From IMG/VR virus record IMGVR_UViG_3300049827_000246, positions 4,566 through 68,565 of that record: DNA of 64,000 nt; one strand, written 5' to 3'. The notes beneath the pieces are model-generated. The model worked only from the letters and a program-made list of their open reading frames with translations. It made no database searches and was not told the origin of the DNA. Made by a program: the position numbers and the translations under genes. Shown here in pieces: positions 52,559-63,131 of the stretch; position 1 is the first letter of the stretch; the number at the start of each line of letters is the position of its first letter. Origin of the DNA: a virus.

Positions 52559-53123
52559 TTTGACGTTTCATACGTTTGGCTTCTCGCTCAGCGAGATATT
52601 GGTTACGCACTGGTTCGTGCTTTGCTTCGTCCCACCAGCCCGGTTTTTCGCTGTAGTTCCAGACTGCGTAGCCCTTGTAACCGTTGATGTAGTTGCGGTA
52701 GGCAGTTACCGGGTCTCCAGGAATCTTGAACTCGTCAGGCATTGCTTGGACAAACTCTGTGTGGTCTACCCAGTTAACATCCGGGTAGTGCCAGTGAATA
52801 AGATCCGCAAGTTGCTCGAGTGCATACCAGACGCCATGCTGTTTGTTATATCTGCGAGTGTATTCCTCTGACATTGCGTAAGCATGGTGATACAGCCAGG
52901 AGACATTTGCGGGACTTTCGTAGAGCCATTTTGCACAAGGATGGTGAGCGAATCCTTTGGTGCCGTAAGTGTTCCCGTCGGGTTTCCGGATGTAAACGCC
53001 ATGCGTGTTGAAAGCCCACGGAGTCAGCAGCTGAACGCTTTCCGTAGGCATTTTGACGACGAGTTTGTCAGGTAGATCGCAGGCGGCGATGCGGGGATCG
53101 TTGTTTACAGCGAAGATGTTCAC
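52536..53123 (-). CDS. Pyrimidine-dimer DNA glycosylase (DenV-like) family protein
   Basis: GTG start; NIFAV...DKLVVKMPTESVQLL...HHPCAKW...EYTRRY...QAMPDE...VTAYRNY. Confidence 0.75.
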   Translation of the reverse strand: MNIFAVNNDPRIAACDLPDKLVVKMPTESVQLLTPWAFNTHGVYIRKPDGNTYGTKGFAHHPCAKWLYESPANVSWLYHHAYAMSEEYTRRYNKQHGVWYALEQLADLIHWHYPDVNWVDHTEFVQAMPDEFKIPGDPVTAYRNYINGYKGYAVWNYSEKPGWWDEAKHEPVRNQYLAEREAKRMKRQNERAAAM

Positions 53124-53894
53124 GGTGGTTTGGAACAGGTGAATTGAGTATAGGTGCGAAAAGGAGGAGTAAACCCTTAGGTCACCCCTCCATGCGTGCA
53201 TAGTTTTCCATGCGAGTGCGTTCTCGCTGGGCCATTTCCAGGTAACCCTGTTGGAGCTTTTGCAGCTCTTCAAGTTGTTTCTTCTCCTGACGCTTGGCCA
53301 TCGTACCGATTATCCAGAACAGTCCGATGTTGCCAAGGAGGGTTCCGACTGCCGAAGCTATTGTAAGACTTAAAATCAGGGACATAACGACCGAGAGAGA
53401 TGTTGTTAACCATGCGGATATCCGAGTTGGGGAACGTCCAGCACTCCCCCGTGTCATTCAAAAAGACCACCCACAAGAGGTCATGTTCCTGTGAGTAGTC
53501 TATCATAAGGTGGGCCCAACCTCGCCCTTTTGGCGTTTCAAGGGGAAGAGGAGGATCCAACTGCTGGATCATTTACCTTGGCCGCGATAGCGTTTTTGCC
53601 GTGCCCGCGTGGGAGTGGCTGCCAAGTTGGTGTTACGGGAGCGTCCTTGTGCGGATTTTTTAGGCTTGCTCTCGATCACCACTTTGTTCGTCAGGCTGGA
53701 CTTCAGCTTTGCCATTTTGGTCTAGGATAAAGTTTGCGTGATTGGTGAGAACTTCTAGAAAGGCTTTCTCAAAGAAAGCATGATGCTCTTCGTCTTGAGA
53801 CCAGTAGTTGAGCCACTCAGCAAGTTCTGTGTCGTCGGGGGCTGACAGTTGCCAACCCGTGTCAATGTCCGTTACCGTGAGATCTTCAAAGGCC

Positions 53895-54404
53895 TCAGGC
53901 GACGGCCACCACATTGTTAGTGACATACTTCAGTACCTCTTCGGGAGTGGTTTTGACGTAGGGGTCTTCCTCGGCATCGTTGCGACGACCGGGCTCTTCA
54001 ACCATCCATTCGATCTCACCGTCATCAACCACAGCGGCATAACGCCAGCTACGGAAGCCAAAACCAAGGTTCAACTTGGTAACTTCCATACCCATCAGAC
54101 GGGTAAACTCGCCATTGCCATCAGGAATCATTTTCACATTCTGAATATTTTGATCCTTGGCCCAGGCATTCATTACGAAGCCATCGTTGACCGAGATGCA
54201 GTAGATTTCATCGATGCCTTGGGCTTTGAACTTGGCATAGTCAAGCTCGAAACCAGGCAGCTGGAAAGTAGAGCAGGTCGGAGTGAAGGCACCGGGCAGC
54301 GAGAAAATAACGACTCGCTTGCCCCGGAAGAGGTCCTCAGAAGTTACATCCACGAACTCGCCATCACGGCGAAACTTGAAAGTGACGTTAGGAACTTGAC
54401 GCAT
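53895..54404 (-). CDS. Peroxiredoxin (Prx5 type)
   Basis: FSLPGAFTPTCS...CISVNDGFVMNAW...RSWRYA. Confidence 0.95.
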   Translation of the reverse strand: MRQVPNVTFKFRRDGEFVDVTSEDLFRGKRVVIFSLPGAFTPTCSTFQLPGFELDYAKFKAQGIDEIYCISVNDGFVMNAWAKDQNIQNVKMIPDGNGEFTRLMGMEVTKLNLGFGFRSWRYAAVVDDGEIEWMVEEPGRRNDAEEDPYVKTTPEEVLKYVTNNVVAVA

Positions 54405-54510
54405 TGTTAGTGTTATTGTCGGTTGTCGTAGGTTAGGACCCAGTAGATAATATAGGCGGTGGCCAGCAGCAGTAAAGCTATCAGGAGCGTTATGCTATGG
54501 ACGGGTTCGG

Positions 54511-54621
54511 TCACCAGATACCTGGGATGACCTGACCGGTAAGTGCATAGGCACCCATAGCAGCAACGATGCCCAGCATCGCAGCCCAACCGTTAATCCG
54601 TTCTGCTTTTTCGTTAAACAT
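54511..54621 (-). CDS. hli: High-light-inducible protein, 36 aa
   Basis: Hand translation MFNEKAERINGWAAMLGIVAAMGAYALTGQVIPGIW. Confidence 0.93.
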   Translation of the reverse strand: MFNEKAERINGWAAMLGIVAAMGAYALTGQVIPGIW

Positions 54622-54630
54622 TGTTCTAGA

Positions 54631-54921
54631 TCAAAGATTTTCTTCTTGGTCGGTGAGAATTACACAGTCGCTGGTAGGGTAGGCCACGCAAGTGAGCACC
54701 CACCCTTCGGCAATCTGGTCATCGTCAAGGAACGACTGCTCCTCGTTATCTACCGTGCCACTGATAAGCTTTCCAGCGCAAGCAGAGCAAGCACCAGCAC
54801 GGCAACTGGAAGGTAGGTCAACGCCAGCTTCCTCAGCAGCTTCAAGAATATACTGGTCTCCGTTGCATTGGATGACGGTTTCAGTGCCATCGGGCTTTTG
54901 AAGAGTAATCGAGTAAGACAT
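54631..54921 (-). CDS. petF: Plant-type [2Fe-2S] ferredoxin
   Basis: [13 protein letters not shown]...LTCVAYP. Confidence 0.97.
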   Translation of the reverse strand: MSYSITLQKPDGTETVIQCNGDQYILEAAEEAGVDLPSSCRAGACSACAGKLISGTVDNEEQSFLDDDQIAEGWVLTCVAYPTSDCVILTDQEENL

Positions 54922-55012
54922 CAGTAGGTGTCAGCGAGTTTGTTAACTGAGTGTGCGAGAAGCACAAAAAATGTTACTGAGGTTGCGGTCCAGAAAAGTT
55001 CAGTCATCGTCT

Positions 55013-55210
55013 TCAGAAGATCCCGAAGAAGAGCTTGCCAGTGAGAGCGTAAGAAACAGCGCCAGCAATAATGCCGCACATCGCAAGTCTCCCATTCAAT
55101 TTCTCCGCAACCTCGTTATGGGGCACGCCCCAGGGGTGGTCGGCGTAGGTCATCGTGGGCTCCTTGGCCCACATGTTTTGTTGTCCGCGATCGTTAGTGG
55201 TTACGGTCAT
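55013..55210 (-). CDS. hli: High-light-inducible protein (long type)
   Basis: NMWAKEP...AEKLNGRLAM...TGKLFFGIF; start ATG 55210. Confidence 0.92.
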   Translation of the reverse strand: MTVTTNDRGQQNMWAKEPTMTYADHPWGVPHNEVAEKLNGRLAMCGIIAGAVSYALTGKLFFGIF

Positions 55211-55390
55211 TACTATAGCCGATTGACGGCTCAGTATAGTAAATGTAAAGTTTTGTAAACTACTTTTCTTCTTTTTTCTTTTTGGCTTTTTGAGCTTTGC
55301 GTTGCTCAAGCCATTTCCGGAAAAAGATCAACTCGGCCCAGCTCCACCTCTCTGGGTGCTTCAGGGCATCTTTGACAAGTTTCTTCGTCT

Positions 55391-55735
55391 TCATCGAGAA
55401 ACCTCCTGCATGTTTACTTCAATCGGCTTGAAGTGCTCAATGAGAACATCCATGCCCTTTCGAGTGTTCATTGAACCGCAAGTATACACATCAATCGCAC
55501 AGCATCCGTTCTCGGGGAATGTGTGGATCGAAATGTGTGACTCCGCTAGTGCATACACAACAGTGACACCCTGAGGATGGAACTTATGAGAGAACCGATT
55601 GAGAACGGTTGCTCCGCAGGCCTCAACTGCTTGCTCGAAGGCGGTACGTATACCGTCGAGATCATCCAGCAAATTGAATGAGATGCCATAAAGGCTAACA
55701 AGAATGTGGTGTCCCAATTTGCATAAGTTCTCCAT
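55391..55735 (-). CDS. speD: S-adenosylmethionine decarboxylase proenzyme
   Basis: HKFHPQGVT...LAESHISIHTFPE...DVYTCG. Confidence 0.95.
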   Translation of the reverse strand: MENLCKLGHHILVSLYGISFNLLDDLDGIRTAFEQAVEACGATVLNRFSHKFHPQGVTVVYALAESHISIHTFPENGCCAIDVYTCGSMNTRKGMDVLIEHFKPIEVNMQEVSR

Positions 55736-56089
55736 TTATTCAGGTGTGTCTTCAAGACACTCTTTGATTTTCTCCCGCAGCTCCACGATAGTGGCAACTC
55801 CTACGTGGTGACCTTTGTACTGTCCTTGTGTTGTCAGAACAACATACACGGGAAGATCAATAGTGTAGTCCGGGTTGAGGGCGTGTCGCTCGAGAACTTG
55901 ATAGATCCGGAGCTTGGTGAGATTGTTCTCGTGGTTGATGATGTTATCAAGAGGAACTTCTTGATAGCCAATCTCGTCGAACCCTTCGAAGACCGCTCGA
56001 TCGTGCTTGCTCATGTGCTTGCAGATGTCGCAGTCTTTGTCAAAAACTTTGACGGCAATGTACTTTTTACCCGTTGCTGTGTCAGTCAT
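55736..56089 (-). CDS. Thioredoxin-fold protein
   Basis: CDIC motif and later LP-beta hairpin. Confidence 0.55.
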   Translation of the reverse strand: MTDTATGKKYIAVKVFDKDCDICKHMSKHDRAVFEGFDEIGYQEVPLDNIINHENNLTKLRIYQVLERHALNPDYTIDLPVYVVLTTQGQYKGHHVGVATIVELREKIKECLEDTPE

Positions 56090-56158
56090 TGGATCCTCTT
56101 CCTACACGGTGACCGAGGGAGTAGAATAGCATGCACAGTGCCATGACAGAGAGGATAC

Positions 56159-56749
56159 TCACTTGATCAATGCCTCCAACTCAGGGTGCTTCTCCCGCAC
56201 AATTTTGCTGAAACGAGCGATATGCGAATTAACTGCTTGCTTGCTCATACCATGCTTCTTAGCCACGTCGCCTTGACGTAGAGGCTCTTTACCCAGCAAA
56301 CCGTATCGGTCACAAACAATTTGAGCTCGTTTCGATTCAAGAGAACCGCAACCGGCAATAATAAGGTCTTGCACAAATCGTGCCTTGAACTCATCTTTGA
56401 TCTCGTACTGGCAGGGATCTTCCAGGTTGTGACCCCAATCACTTTGCTCGAGGGACAGAGGATATTTAGGGCGTCGGTTTTCTTTTCGAGCGACCCCTTG
56501 AACTGCCCCGCGCACATTTGGGTAAATCCAAGTCATCGGTTGAACATCTCGAGAGAGGTCAAAAGTTTGTATGGCCTTAACAACTCCGAGCAGCCCTTCT
56601 TGAACCAGGTCTTCCTTGCTGTGTGAAGGAGACATCCACGCATACTTTGCAACGATTTTGTGAACAAGTGGTGTGTATTGCTCTACCACCGCAGTTATCG
56701 CAGTGGCGTCACCCTTGACGGCAGCGTAAAAGAGATCGTTTTGAGGCAT
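56159..56749 (-). CDS. Second phage sigma70-family factor
   Basis: EDLVQEGLLGVVKAIQTFD; region 4 IV..RYGL....LRQGDVAKKHGMSKQAV. Confidence 0.88.
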   Translation of the reverse strand: MPQNDLFYAAVKGDATAITAVVEQYTPLVHKIVAKYAWMSPSHSKEDLVQEGLLGVVKAIQTFDLSRDVQPMTWIYPNVRGAVQGVARKENRRPKYPLSLEQSDWGHNLEDPCQYEIKDEFKARFVQDLIIAGCGSLESKRAQIVCDRYGLLGKEPLRQGDVAKKHGMSKQAVNSHIARFSKIVREKHPELEALIK

Positions 56750-56771
56750 GGTTCTTGATTGAACTACAGTC

Positions 56772-56816
56772 ACTATAGCGGGGGTTCGCCGAAAGAAAAA
56801 GGGCGGCTAACCGCCC
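56772..56816 (-). promoter_or_regulatory. Promoter with palindromic box upstream of the sigma gene
   Basis: GGGCGGTTAGCCGCCC...TATAGT. Confidence 0.7.
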
Positions 56817-56901
56817 TACAGGTCAAATTTGGAAAGAGCGGCTTCGGCCATTGCCATACGTTCTTCCCATCCTACTCCCCCTTCTTGACCTTTGCACGGA
56901 T

Positions 56902-57522
56902 TCACGCATCGCTCAGCCTTCTCGGGAGCAAGTCTGCGACAGACAAGGGCGTTAAGGTCGATGTCTTTCCCTGGTTTCCCTGTTCCCCAGTACAGCTGGG
57001 ATCCAATCCAGTGTGCGCCACAGACGGGGCAGTTTCGGTTTTCCACAAGTCGATCTCCGAATAATAGAGAAGTTTCACGCCAGACTGATATAACATTTCA
57101 TTAGCCAGCTTGAAACTCGCCCTCCACCGTTCTGGGGCTTTAGCTGGATCTGGACAAATAACCTTGGACACCCCTGCCTGAATCAATGCAGCAGCGCATT
57201 GGCTGCAAGGGGGGAAGGTCACGTAAGCGGTGCAGGACTGTGTTTTAGCACCGTTTTTGGCAGCGTTTAGGATGGCGTTGGCTTCTGCATGAACTGTGAC
57301 CGCTAGTTTGTAGTCACGATCCTCGTAGAGGTCAAGCGAATCAGAAAGGGTACTGGGGAAACCATTGTACCCTGAAGCAATCATGCGACGGTCAGTAACA
57401 AGAACGCAACCAACTTTCGTTCCTGGGTCTTTACTCCAGAGACGAACCTCTTCCGCTATGCGTAGAAACCTACGATCCCAGAGAGACAGGAATTTGTTCT
57501 CCGAGGTATTCCAGGTACTCAT
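56902..57522 (-). CDS. dCMP deaminase
   Basis: SKDPGTKVG...GYNG...HAEANA...PPCSQC. Confidence 0.92.
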   Translation of the reverse strand: MSTWNTSENKFLSLWDRRFLRIAEEVRLWSKDPGTKVGCVLVTDRRMIASGYNGFPSTLSDSLDLYEDRDYKLAVTVHAEANAILNAAKNGAKTQSCTAYVTFPPCSQCAAALIQAGVSKVICPDPAKAPERWRASFKLANEMLYQSGVKLLYYSEIDLWKTETAPSVAHTGLDPSCTGEQGNQGKTSTLTPLSVADLLPRRLSDA

Positions 57523-57726
57523 TGAGTGCATTTGCGAACTCTTGGTAGATTGCTTTTCCAGTCTTGAAGGTTTGCTGGTGATGGTCTGAAGTGTGAACAA
57601 AGCCATCCCAACACGCCTCTAGCTCGGCAAGGCCGTACTCCACTTGCAGATAACTGGCTGCCACACCAAGATCTGACAGGTTGCGGGAAGCTCGGCGCAT
57701 TTGCTCGAAAGTGACTTCGGATGCAA

Positions 57727-58056
57727 TCATCGGTCATCTCCAGAGCCGGACAGCACACCACGCGCTTGACGCGAAGCAAGTTTGTCAATGTTCATCTGCA
57801 TTACTTCTTCAAGTGAGAAGTCCAACTCCCATGCCAACACAGCGACGTACCAACACACGTCGCTCAACTCTTTGGCGACGGCTTCCCTGACAGGGTCAGT
57901 AAGGACCCCCTCGTGGTCTCGAATCACTTTCTTCAGTTTGTCGGCCACCTCCCCAGCCTCACCTACGAGTCCGAGCGCCGGATAAACAAAATTGTTCGAG
58001 GCGTTTGGGTAGATAGCTGTTTGGAGGGCGGCAGTTTGATAGTCGTTTGCGAGCAT
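57727..58056 (-). CDS. mazG: MazG-like NTP pyrophosphohydrolase
   Basis: LGLVGEAGEVADKLKK...KELSDVCWY...NIDKLASR. Confidence 0.9.
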   Translation of the reverse strand: MLANDYQTAALQTAIYPNASNNFVYPALGLVGEAGEVADKLKKVIRDHEGVLTDPVREAVAKELSDVCWYVAVLAWELDFSLEEVMQMNIDKLASRQARGVLSGSGDDR

Positions 58057-58110
58057 CAGTGGTAGGAAGTTGACCGCTTTAGTATAGGCCCTGAAGGTTG
58101 AGTTGTAAAC

Positions 58111-59468
58111 CTAAAAGCCGATGTCCACCTCACGAGCACCTCCTTTTTCTACAAGGTCGTCCCAGTCCATGGAAACCGAGCCGATGATGAAGCGGATGCT
58201 CGTAGGAACCTTACCCGCAAAGCTCGACACGTTGCGCAACAAGTGCTGGAAAAAGGTAACCTCGGTTACAAATTCTTCTACGATCAGTGTGGGTATGAAA
58301 ACCATTGCGGACATTTCGTGGCCTTCTGCCAAGAAGTATACGGTGTTTGGTTCACGGCCCCGAATGAATGAAATTGGGAAAACAATTTCTTCAGTTTCAC
58401 GGCGCGTTTCAACCAGTAGCGCGTTCCAGTCGTTGGCATCTTGTGCGAAGAGGTTATGTATATCCTTTTCGATGCTCTCGAGAGGGACGTTATAATCGTA
58501 GTTCTCGGTGGCCGACGCCAAGATGTTAACGCCTGTTAAGTAGACGCCGTAAAGGTCGCTGCGGCCTTTTTTAGTTACCAGGCTCGTAAGGAAGGTTGCA
58601 GGGTCAGTGATTTTGGGTGCCATCTGAGTGTTTGGTTTGGGAGGCTTGTGGTAGGTCTTCGCGAACGAGGTAACCGCCGTTCTCCACGATTTTTGTCTGA
58701 TCGTGGGGCATTACCTCTCTTGTATTATTCTGTACGCGGTTCATTCGAACTTTCCCTTGCTCATCGAACATGGGATGAGTCTTAAGTAGATCCATCACGT
58801 TTCTCTTTGACTCAATACTGAAAGAACCGAAATATCTCTGTGTGGCGTCGTCGGTTTCGGTGCCCCCCGTGTTTAGGGGGCCCTCAATGTACTCAGGTGC
58901 GGTGTTATCCCGCATTGGCTCTTCGCCATCCTTTGGCTGATCTGAGTCTTTTCGAGACTTAACTTTACGACTGCCATATTTATTCTTAAGGTCAAACTCC
59001 CCCGCAGCGTTACTATAAGGTTGAGTCGGTGCCCCTGCCGAGTTAATCGGCGTGGCCGCATCTTGTACACCGCTAAAGAGATCTTCCATATCAAGTCAGA
59101 GGCAGCCGTAAGCTGGGTACAAACGCATTCTCACCTACGCGACGGATCCCCACCACATATTTCGTAGTAAAGTATTCACCAGGCTGAGGAACAATGTATC
59201 CGTATTTTGTTACCTGCCACAGAGGCACAAGGTAAAAGGAATGTTCCAGATCTTCACAGCCTTTGGCATAAAGCTTTAGGAGAAGACGAGGGGTGTAAAG
59301 TTGGCAGAAGCACTCAATCTCTTGAACAGTTCCGATCTTGTCGTATAAACCTGCGGGATCGTCAATGCAGGTGAATCCTTCAGATTCAAGCTGTTCTTTG
59401 AGACGTGCCTGCTTACTGCACTCGTAAGAGAGAGCGTCCACAGTGTCGTCGGGGGTAGTAGTCGGCAC
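58111..59468 (-). other. Three hypothetical ORFs (58111-58623, 58604-59089, 59091-59468)
   Basis: Contiguous co-oriented ORFs with no recognised motifs. Confidence 0.65.
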
Positions 59469-61502
59469 TTATTTTTTACCCCCATTGCTGAGTCGAGTGT
59501 AAAGCTCTTCCCGGGCTTCTGCTCGAAACTTTTCAGCCTTGTCAGGAGAGTAGTGTTTATTTCCGAGCCACTTATCGTAACAAGTTTTGCTCACGTTAGT
59601 TAACCTTTCTTTATCCGTTTCTTCCAGACTTTCCAGTAACTCTTCTCCTTCGGCGGCCAGCTCCTCACTAACATGCCTCATAAGTTCCCAGTTCTCAATA
59701 ACATAATTTGCTGAGCCCCCAATTTTGAAGCCATCTCGCATCACTAATTTTTCCATGATGTCCTTGATAGCTTCGGACGTAGTGTTATGTCCCGAGTTTC
59801 TCCCAAACTGCTCATAGTGTGAAACAGCTTTTTTGACCGATTCCCAACGAATCTCACGAAAGCCCTGGTAATAGTGGGTTGAGGGTCGGCCAGCCGCTTC
59901 CCATTTCCGCTTCATCTTGGTCATCAAGTGTAGGCCCGACGGATCGACTCCAAGGAAGTAGAAGTGATCGAGACATTCTTGAAGCATCTCCGGCGTGAGC
60001 TCAGGGACTTCCGAACCCCCTGTGCGCAGCATCCACGCGAATGCCATACCATTGACGAGTGCCTGTGTAACATCCGCCTTGAAGCGAATCCTCTGCCGAG
60101 TCGTCCAGTACCGGACCTCGACCTGGAGGCGATTAATTGATGGGTCACGAGTGTCATTGATGACAGCCCAGAATCGGTCCGTCGCCAATCGCAAGCACCA
60201 AAGATAAATCGCCTCTTGACTGACCCCGAGTTTGTTCGCAAGGTACGGGATATGTGCCCGTGGGCGGAGATCCGGCGAACCCTCCGATACGGTTCCCTCC
60301 AGAGTCTCTCGATTTTTTGCCACTTCGTACTCGCGGTAGGTCGATATGATTTTGATTCGATCGATAATGCCCGGATCAAGATCGTATGCGAATTTACTAT
60401 TCCAGTCGTTGCTGTTAACCAGGATAGTACATTTCGGCCAAATCTGCTCAGCATTTTGAAACTTCTCCTCGCATTGGAACAGTCCGTTAGTAATTAGAAT
60501 TTTGGTTTCTTCGGCTGCAAGAAACTTCTTCAGAGAAACCAGGGAAGTATCGTCTTTGTATGCGATATCACTCAGAGCTGCGGCTTTTAGTCCGAATCGG
60601 TCTTCAGTGGACTTAAATGTGTGAGTGACGAAGCCGCACCGTTGGAGAGCGGCGGTGAGCCCATTGAAGAGCGTGGACTTTCCAAGTCCAGCGTCTTTTC
60701 CGACGATGACCCCAGCCATTCGGGCAGTATGGTCCACTGGAGATGTTCGGCCGGGGGGCAAGTGGTTCGCTCTGCCAACACCAACCCTTCCCAGGATAAG
60801 ACGAAGCATTTCTTGTTCGGCTTCGGGAAAAATCGTGAAAACATCGCTAAACTCAACCGCACGCAACCTTGGGTCAAACCAATCCCTGTCAGGAACCCAT
60901 ACACGCGGGTTGAGAACAACTTCGCCACCCCACTTACCAGCCGGATCAAAGGTGTGCCCATAGTCAAGGGTTTGGTGGATGGTCTTGTTCTGATTCACTC
61001 GCTGCATTTTGAGCAGGCGTTCGGTGAACGAGGATAAGTCACTGTCGCCAGCCTTTGGCCGAAACAATGGTGACCAAAACTCCCGGACAGATTCTTCGCA
61101 CAGGTCGGGATGAAACGCTGCCTCGATAAGCTCAAAATCTCGCTCAGAGGAGATATCCTGTAGAGGCATGAACGCATGAGGATACCGAATGCCGTCTACT
61201 TGAGGGGGGATACCCGGTTTCAAAATTCGGTGATTTACATGGTCCCCGGTGTCATCGAGTTCAACCGTGAACCCGCGTGATTTCAATAGGGAGATACCCG
61301 CGTTGTAAAGTTCGCTGACTCGTACAGGGGCTTTCTTCTCTTCTTCTTTCTTTCTAGAAGACCCAAAAGACTTGGCTTTCTTTCGGTCGTTGACTTTTTC
61401 TAGGATTTCTACTTCTTGTTTAGTGGTGCCGATGTTACCAGAATAAGGGTCTGACAACTTTTTTCTCCTGTTGTTTATAGGGGTTGTTTTTTGCCAACGC
61501 AA
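59469..61502 (-). CDS. P-loop NTPase, probable SF3/D5-like replicative helicase (start uncertain)
   Basis: Walker A GKDAGLGKST, Walker B IAYKDD, EEKF and ILVNSN (motif C), IIDRI. Confidence 0.65.
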   Translation of the reverse strand: MRWQKTTPINNRRKKLSDPYSGNIGTTKQEVEILEKVNDRKKAKSFGSSRKKEEEKKAPVRVSELYNAGISLLKSRGFTVELDDTGDHVNHRILKPGIPPQVDGIRYPHAFMPLQDISSERDFELIEAAFHPDLCEESVREFWSPLFRPKAGDSDLSSFTERLLKMQRVNQNKTIHQTLDYGHTFDPAGKWGGEVVLNPRVWVPDRDWFDPRLRAVEFSDVFTIFPEAEQEMLRLILGRVGVGRANHLPPGRTSPVDHTARMAGVIVGKDAGLGKSTLFNGLTAALQRCGFVTHTFKSTEDRFGLKAAALSDIAYKDDTSLVSLKKFLAAEETKILITNGLFQCEEKFQNAEQIWPKCTILVNSNDWNSKFAYDLDPGIIDRIKIISTYREYEVAKNRETLEGTVSEGSPDLRPRAHIPYLANKLGVSQEAIYLWCLRLATDRFWAVINDTRDPSINRLQVEVRYWTTRQRIRFKADVTQALVNGMAFAWMLRTGGSEVPELTPEMLQECLDHFYFLGVDPSGLHLMTKMKRKWEAAGRPSTHYYQGFREIRWESVKKAVSHYEQFGRNSGHNTTSEAIKDIMEKLVMRDGFKIGGSANYVIENWELMRHVSEELAAEGEELLESLEETDKERLTNVSKTCYDKWLGNKHYSPDKAEKFRAEAREELYTRLSNGGKK

Positions 61503-61978
61503 TCGTTGGATTTTGCGTTTAGGTGACGAGTTACGTTGCCCGCGTTACCAATATAGCCACAGCAAGGGCATCTAAACTGCGTGTTAAGGTCGAATTGGTT
61601 CACAAATGGTGTTCCGTATTTCTCAATGCGAGTTTGAACGCCTTTCTTCCCATTTGCTACACGAACTTCTCTGGGCTGATTTTTAGCGCCGATAGGGCCT
61701 CCCTTTTTCCCTGCTTTGGATTTTTGTTCAAAGGTGGATACATCCCCCCCAAAGCCTTTTATGTTTAGGGCTTCTGAGGAGGCTTTTTGCAACACTTTGC
61801 TTCTAAGATCATCCTCCAGGAAAGGCCATCCCGAATGCCGGAAGTCAAACCAAGGGCCTCCTCTCAAGAAGTCTTCTGCGTGTATTCGTGCATGCTCAAT
61901 GAAATCTAAGACTACTAAGTTCTCAGGGTTTTCAGTTCCCCCTCGCGATTTCGGGACAATGTGATGAACGTGGTTCAC
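61475..61978 (-). CDS. HNH homing endonuclease
   Basis: GTG start; HVHHIVPKSRGGTENPENLVVL..EHARIH. Confidence 0.85.
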   Translation of the reverse strand: MNHVHHIVPKSRGGTENPENLVVLDFIEHARIHAEDFLRGGPWFDFRHSGWPFLEDDLRSKVLQKASSEALNIKGFGGDVSTFEQKSKAGKKGGPIGAKNQPREVRVANGKKGVQTRIEKYGTPFVNQFDLNTQFRCPCCGYIGNAGNVTRHLNAKSNDCVGKKQPL

Positions 61979-62002
61979 TGTGTAACTTCTGCGGTGAGCG
62001 GA

Positions 62003-62032
62003 GCAAAAAGGCCCGGGGGTAAACCCGAGCCC
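62003..62032 (-). terminator. Rho-independent terminator
   Basis: GGGCTCGGG...CCCGGGCC-TTTTT downstream of ORF 62060-63037. Confidence 0.7.
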
Positions 62033-62059
62033 CATGTGCCAACTACTTAATTATGAACT

Positions 62060-63037
62060 TCAGAAATCCAGAGAGAACGAATCAGGATCCTCAGCGAACG
62101 TCGCGCATTTGAGCACGCACTTTGCGGTCGGGAAGCCGTTGTATTCACCCAGTTCGAGCACTCGCAGAGTGGCCGGATTCTCCCGGTCAATCACAGGCTC
62201 AGCAGCCAGGGTTTTCTTCAGGGAATTATTAGGCTTGACAATCACCCAATCCTGAATCTCCATTTCTACATCCGCCCATTCACCGTCGACCTGAGTGCGC
62301 ACAGGAGCGGAAAATGGCTCGTCAACTTTGACTTGAAGGTAGTATTCGGTTCCGTATTGACCGCCTTCGCGAGTACGGTAGGTTGTCACTTGGTAATCGC
62401 CAACAGGCAGATGAGCCACTTTGACGAATTGACCTTGCATCCGTTCGCCGGAGCCAGAGTTTTCACCTCGCTTCGAAAGATCGGAGGCCACTTGCACTTT
62501 TTCGGCAATGGCTTCAGGGTTTTCGTCGAGAAGCAAGTCGAGAAGGTCTGCAGAAACCTTATCTTCGTAATCTGCCGACCGAACAGGAATCGGGAGAGTG
62601 TAAAGGGTTCCGTCAGCATTCAGTGAAACAGAAAGCACGGCTTCGGTGAACTTACCGATTGGCTCTTCCTTGAATGCGAACTTCAGACCTTTAGGGGCAC
62701 CGGCAACAGTGATCTTGCCAGGGCTAATCACGAGAGGAATATCCTCATCTCCCCAACGAATCACCAGCCCTTTGTCTTCGGTTGAGAAGACGGTAGGGGA
62801 GTAAAGACGCTTGAAGACACCGTTGGCGTCAGCTCGGACGCAGAAGGTGGAGGATTCACCGGAGAATTCATTGCCGGTGAGAGCGTTGTAGATAACGCTC
62901 AGACCCTTTTGGTAGCTTTCGGGCAGAGCACGATTGGGGATGTCTGTGAAAGCACGGGTGTATGTTTTTGATTCCAACCGAGCGCGATTGCGATCATCAA
63001 GCGCGGGAGAAATCTTGAAAGTTGTAGCAGTAGCCAT
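62060..63037 (-). CDS. Hypothetical protein, possible single-stranded DNA-binding protein
   Basis: Beta-rich with acidic tail ending EDPDSFSLDF; own promoter and terminator; next to the helicase-like gene. Confidence 0.45.
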   Translation of the reverse strand: MATATTFKISPALDDRNRARLESKTYTRAFTDIPNRALPESYQKGLSVIYNALTGNEFSGESSTFCVRADANGVFKRLYSPTVFSTEDKGLVIRWGDEDIPLVISPGKITVAGAPKGLKFAFKEEPIGKFTEAVLSVSLNADGTLYTLPIPVRSADYEDKVSADLLDLLLDENPEAIAEKVQVASDLSKRGENSGSGERMQGQFVKVAHLPVGDYQVTTYRTREGGQYGTEYYLQVKVDEPFSAPVRTQVDGEWADVEMEIQDWVIVKPNNSLKKTLAAEPVIDRENPATLRVLELGEYNGFPTAKCVLKCATFAEDPDSFSLDF

Positions 63038-63131
63038 GAGTCAATTTAGCTTTGGAAAGTTGAGCGCGACTCCCCGGTCTATTCCGGGGCACTCAACGCA
63101 ATGATTATACCCGGTTGGCGCCAAAGTAAAC

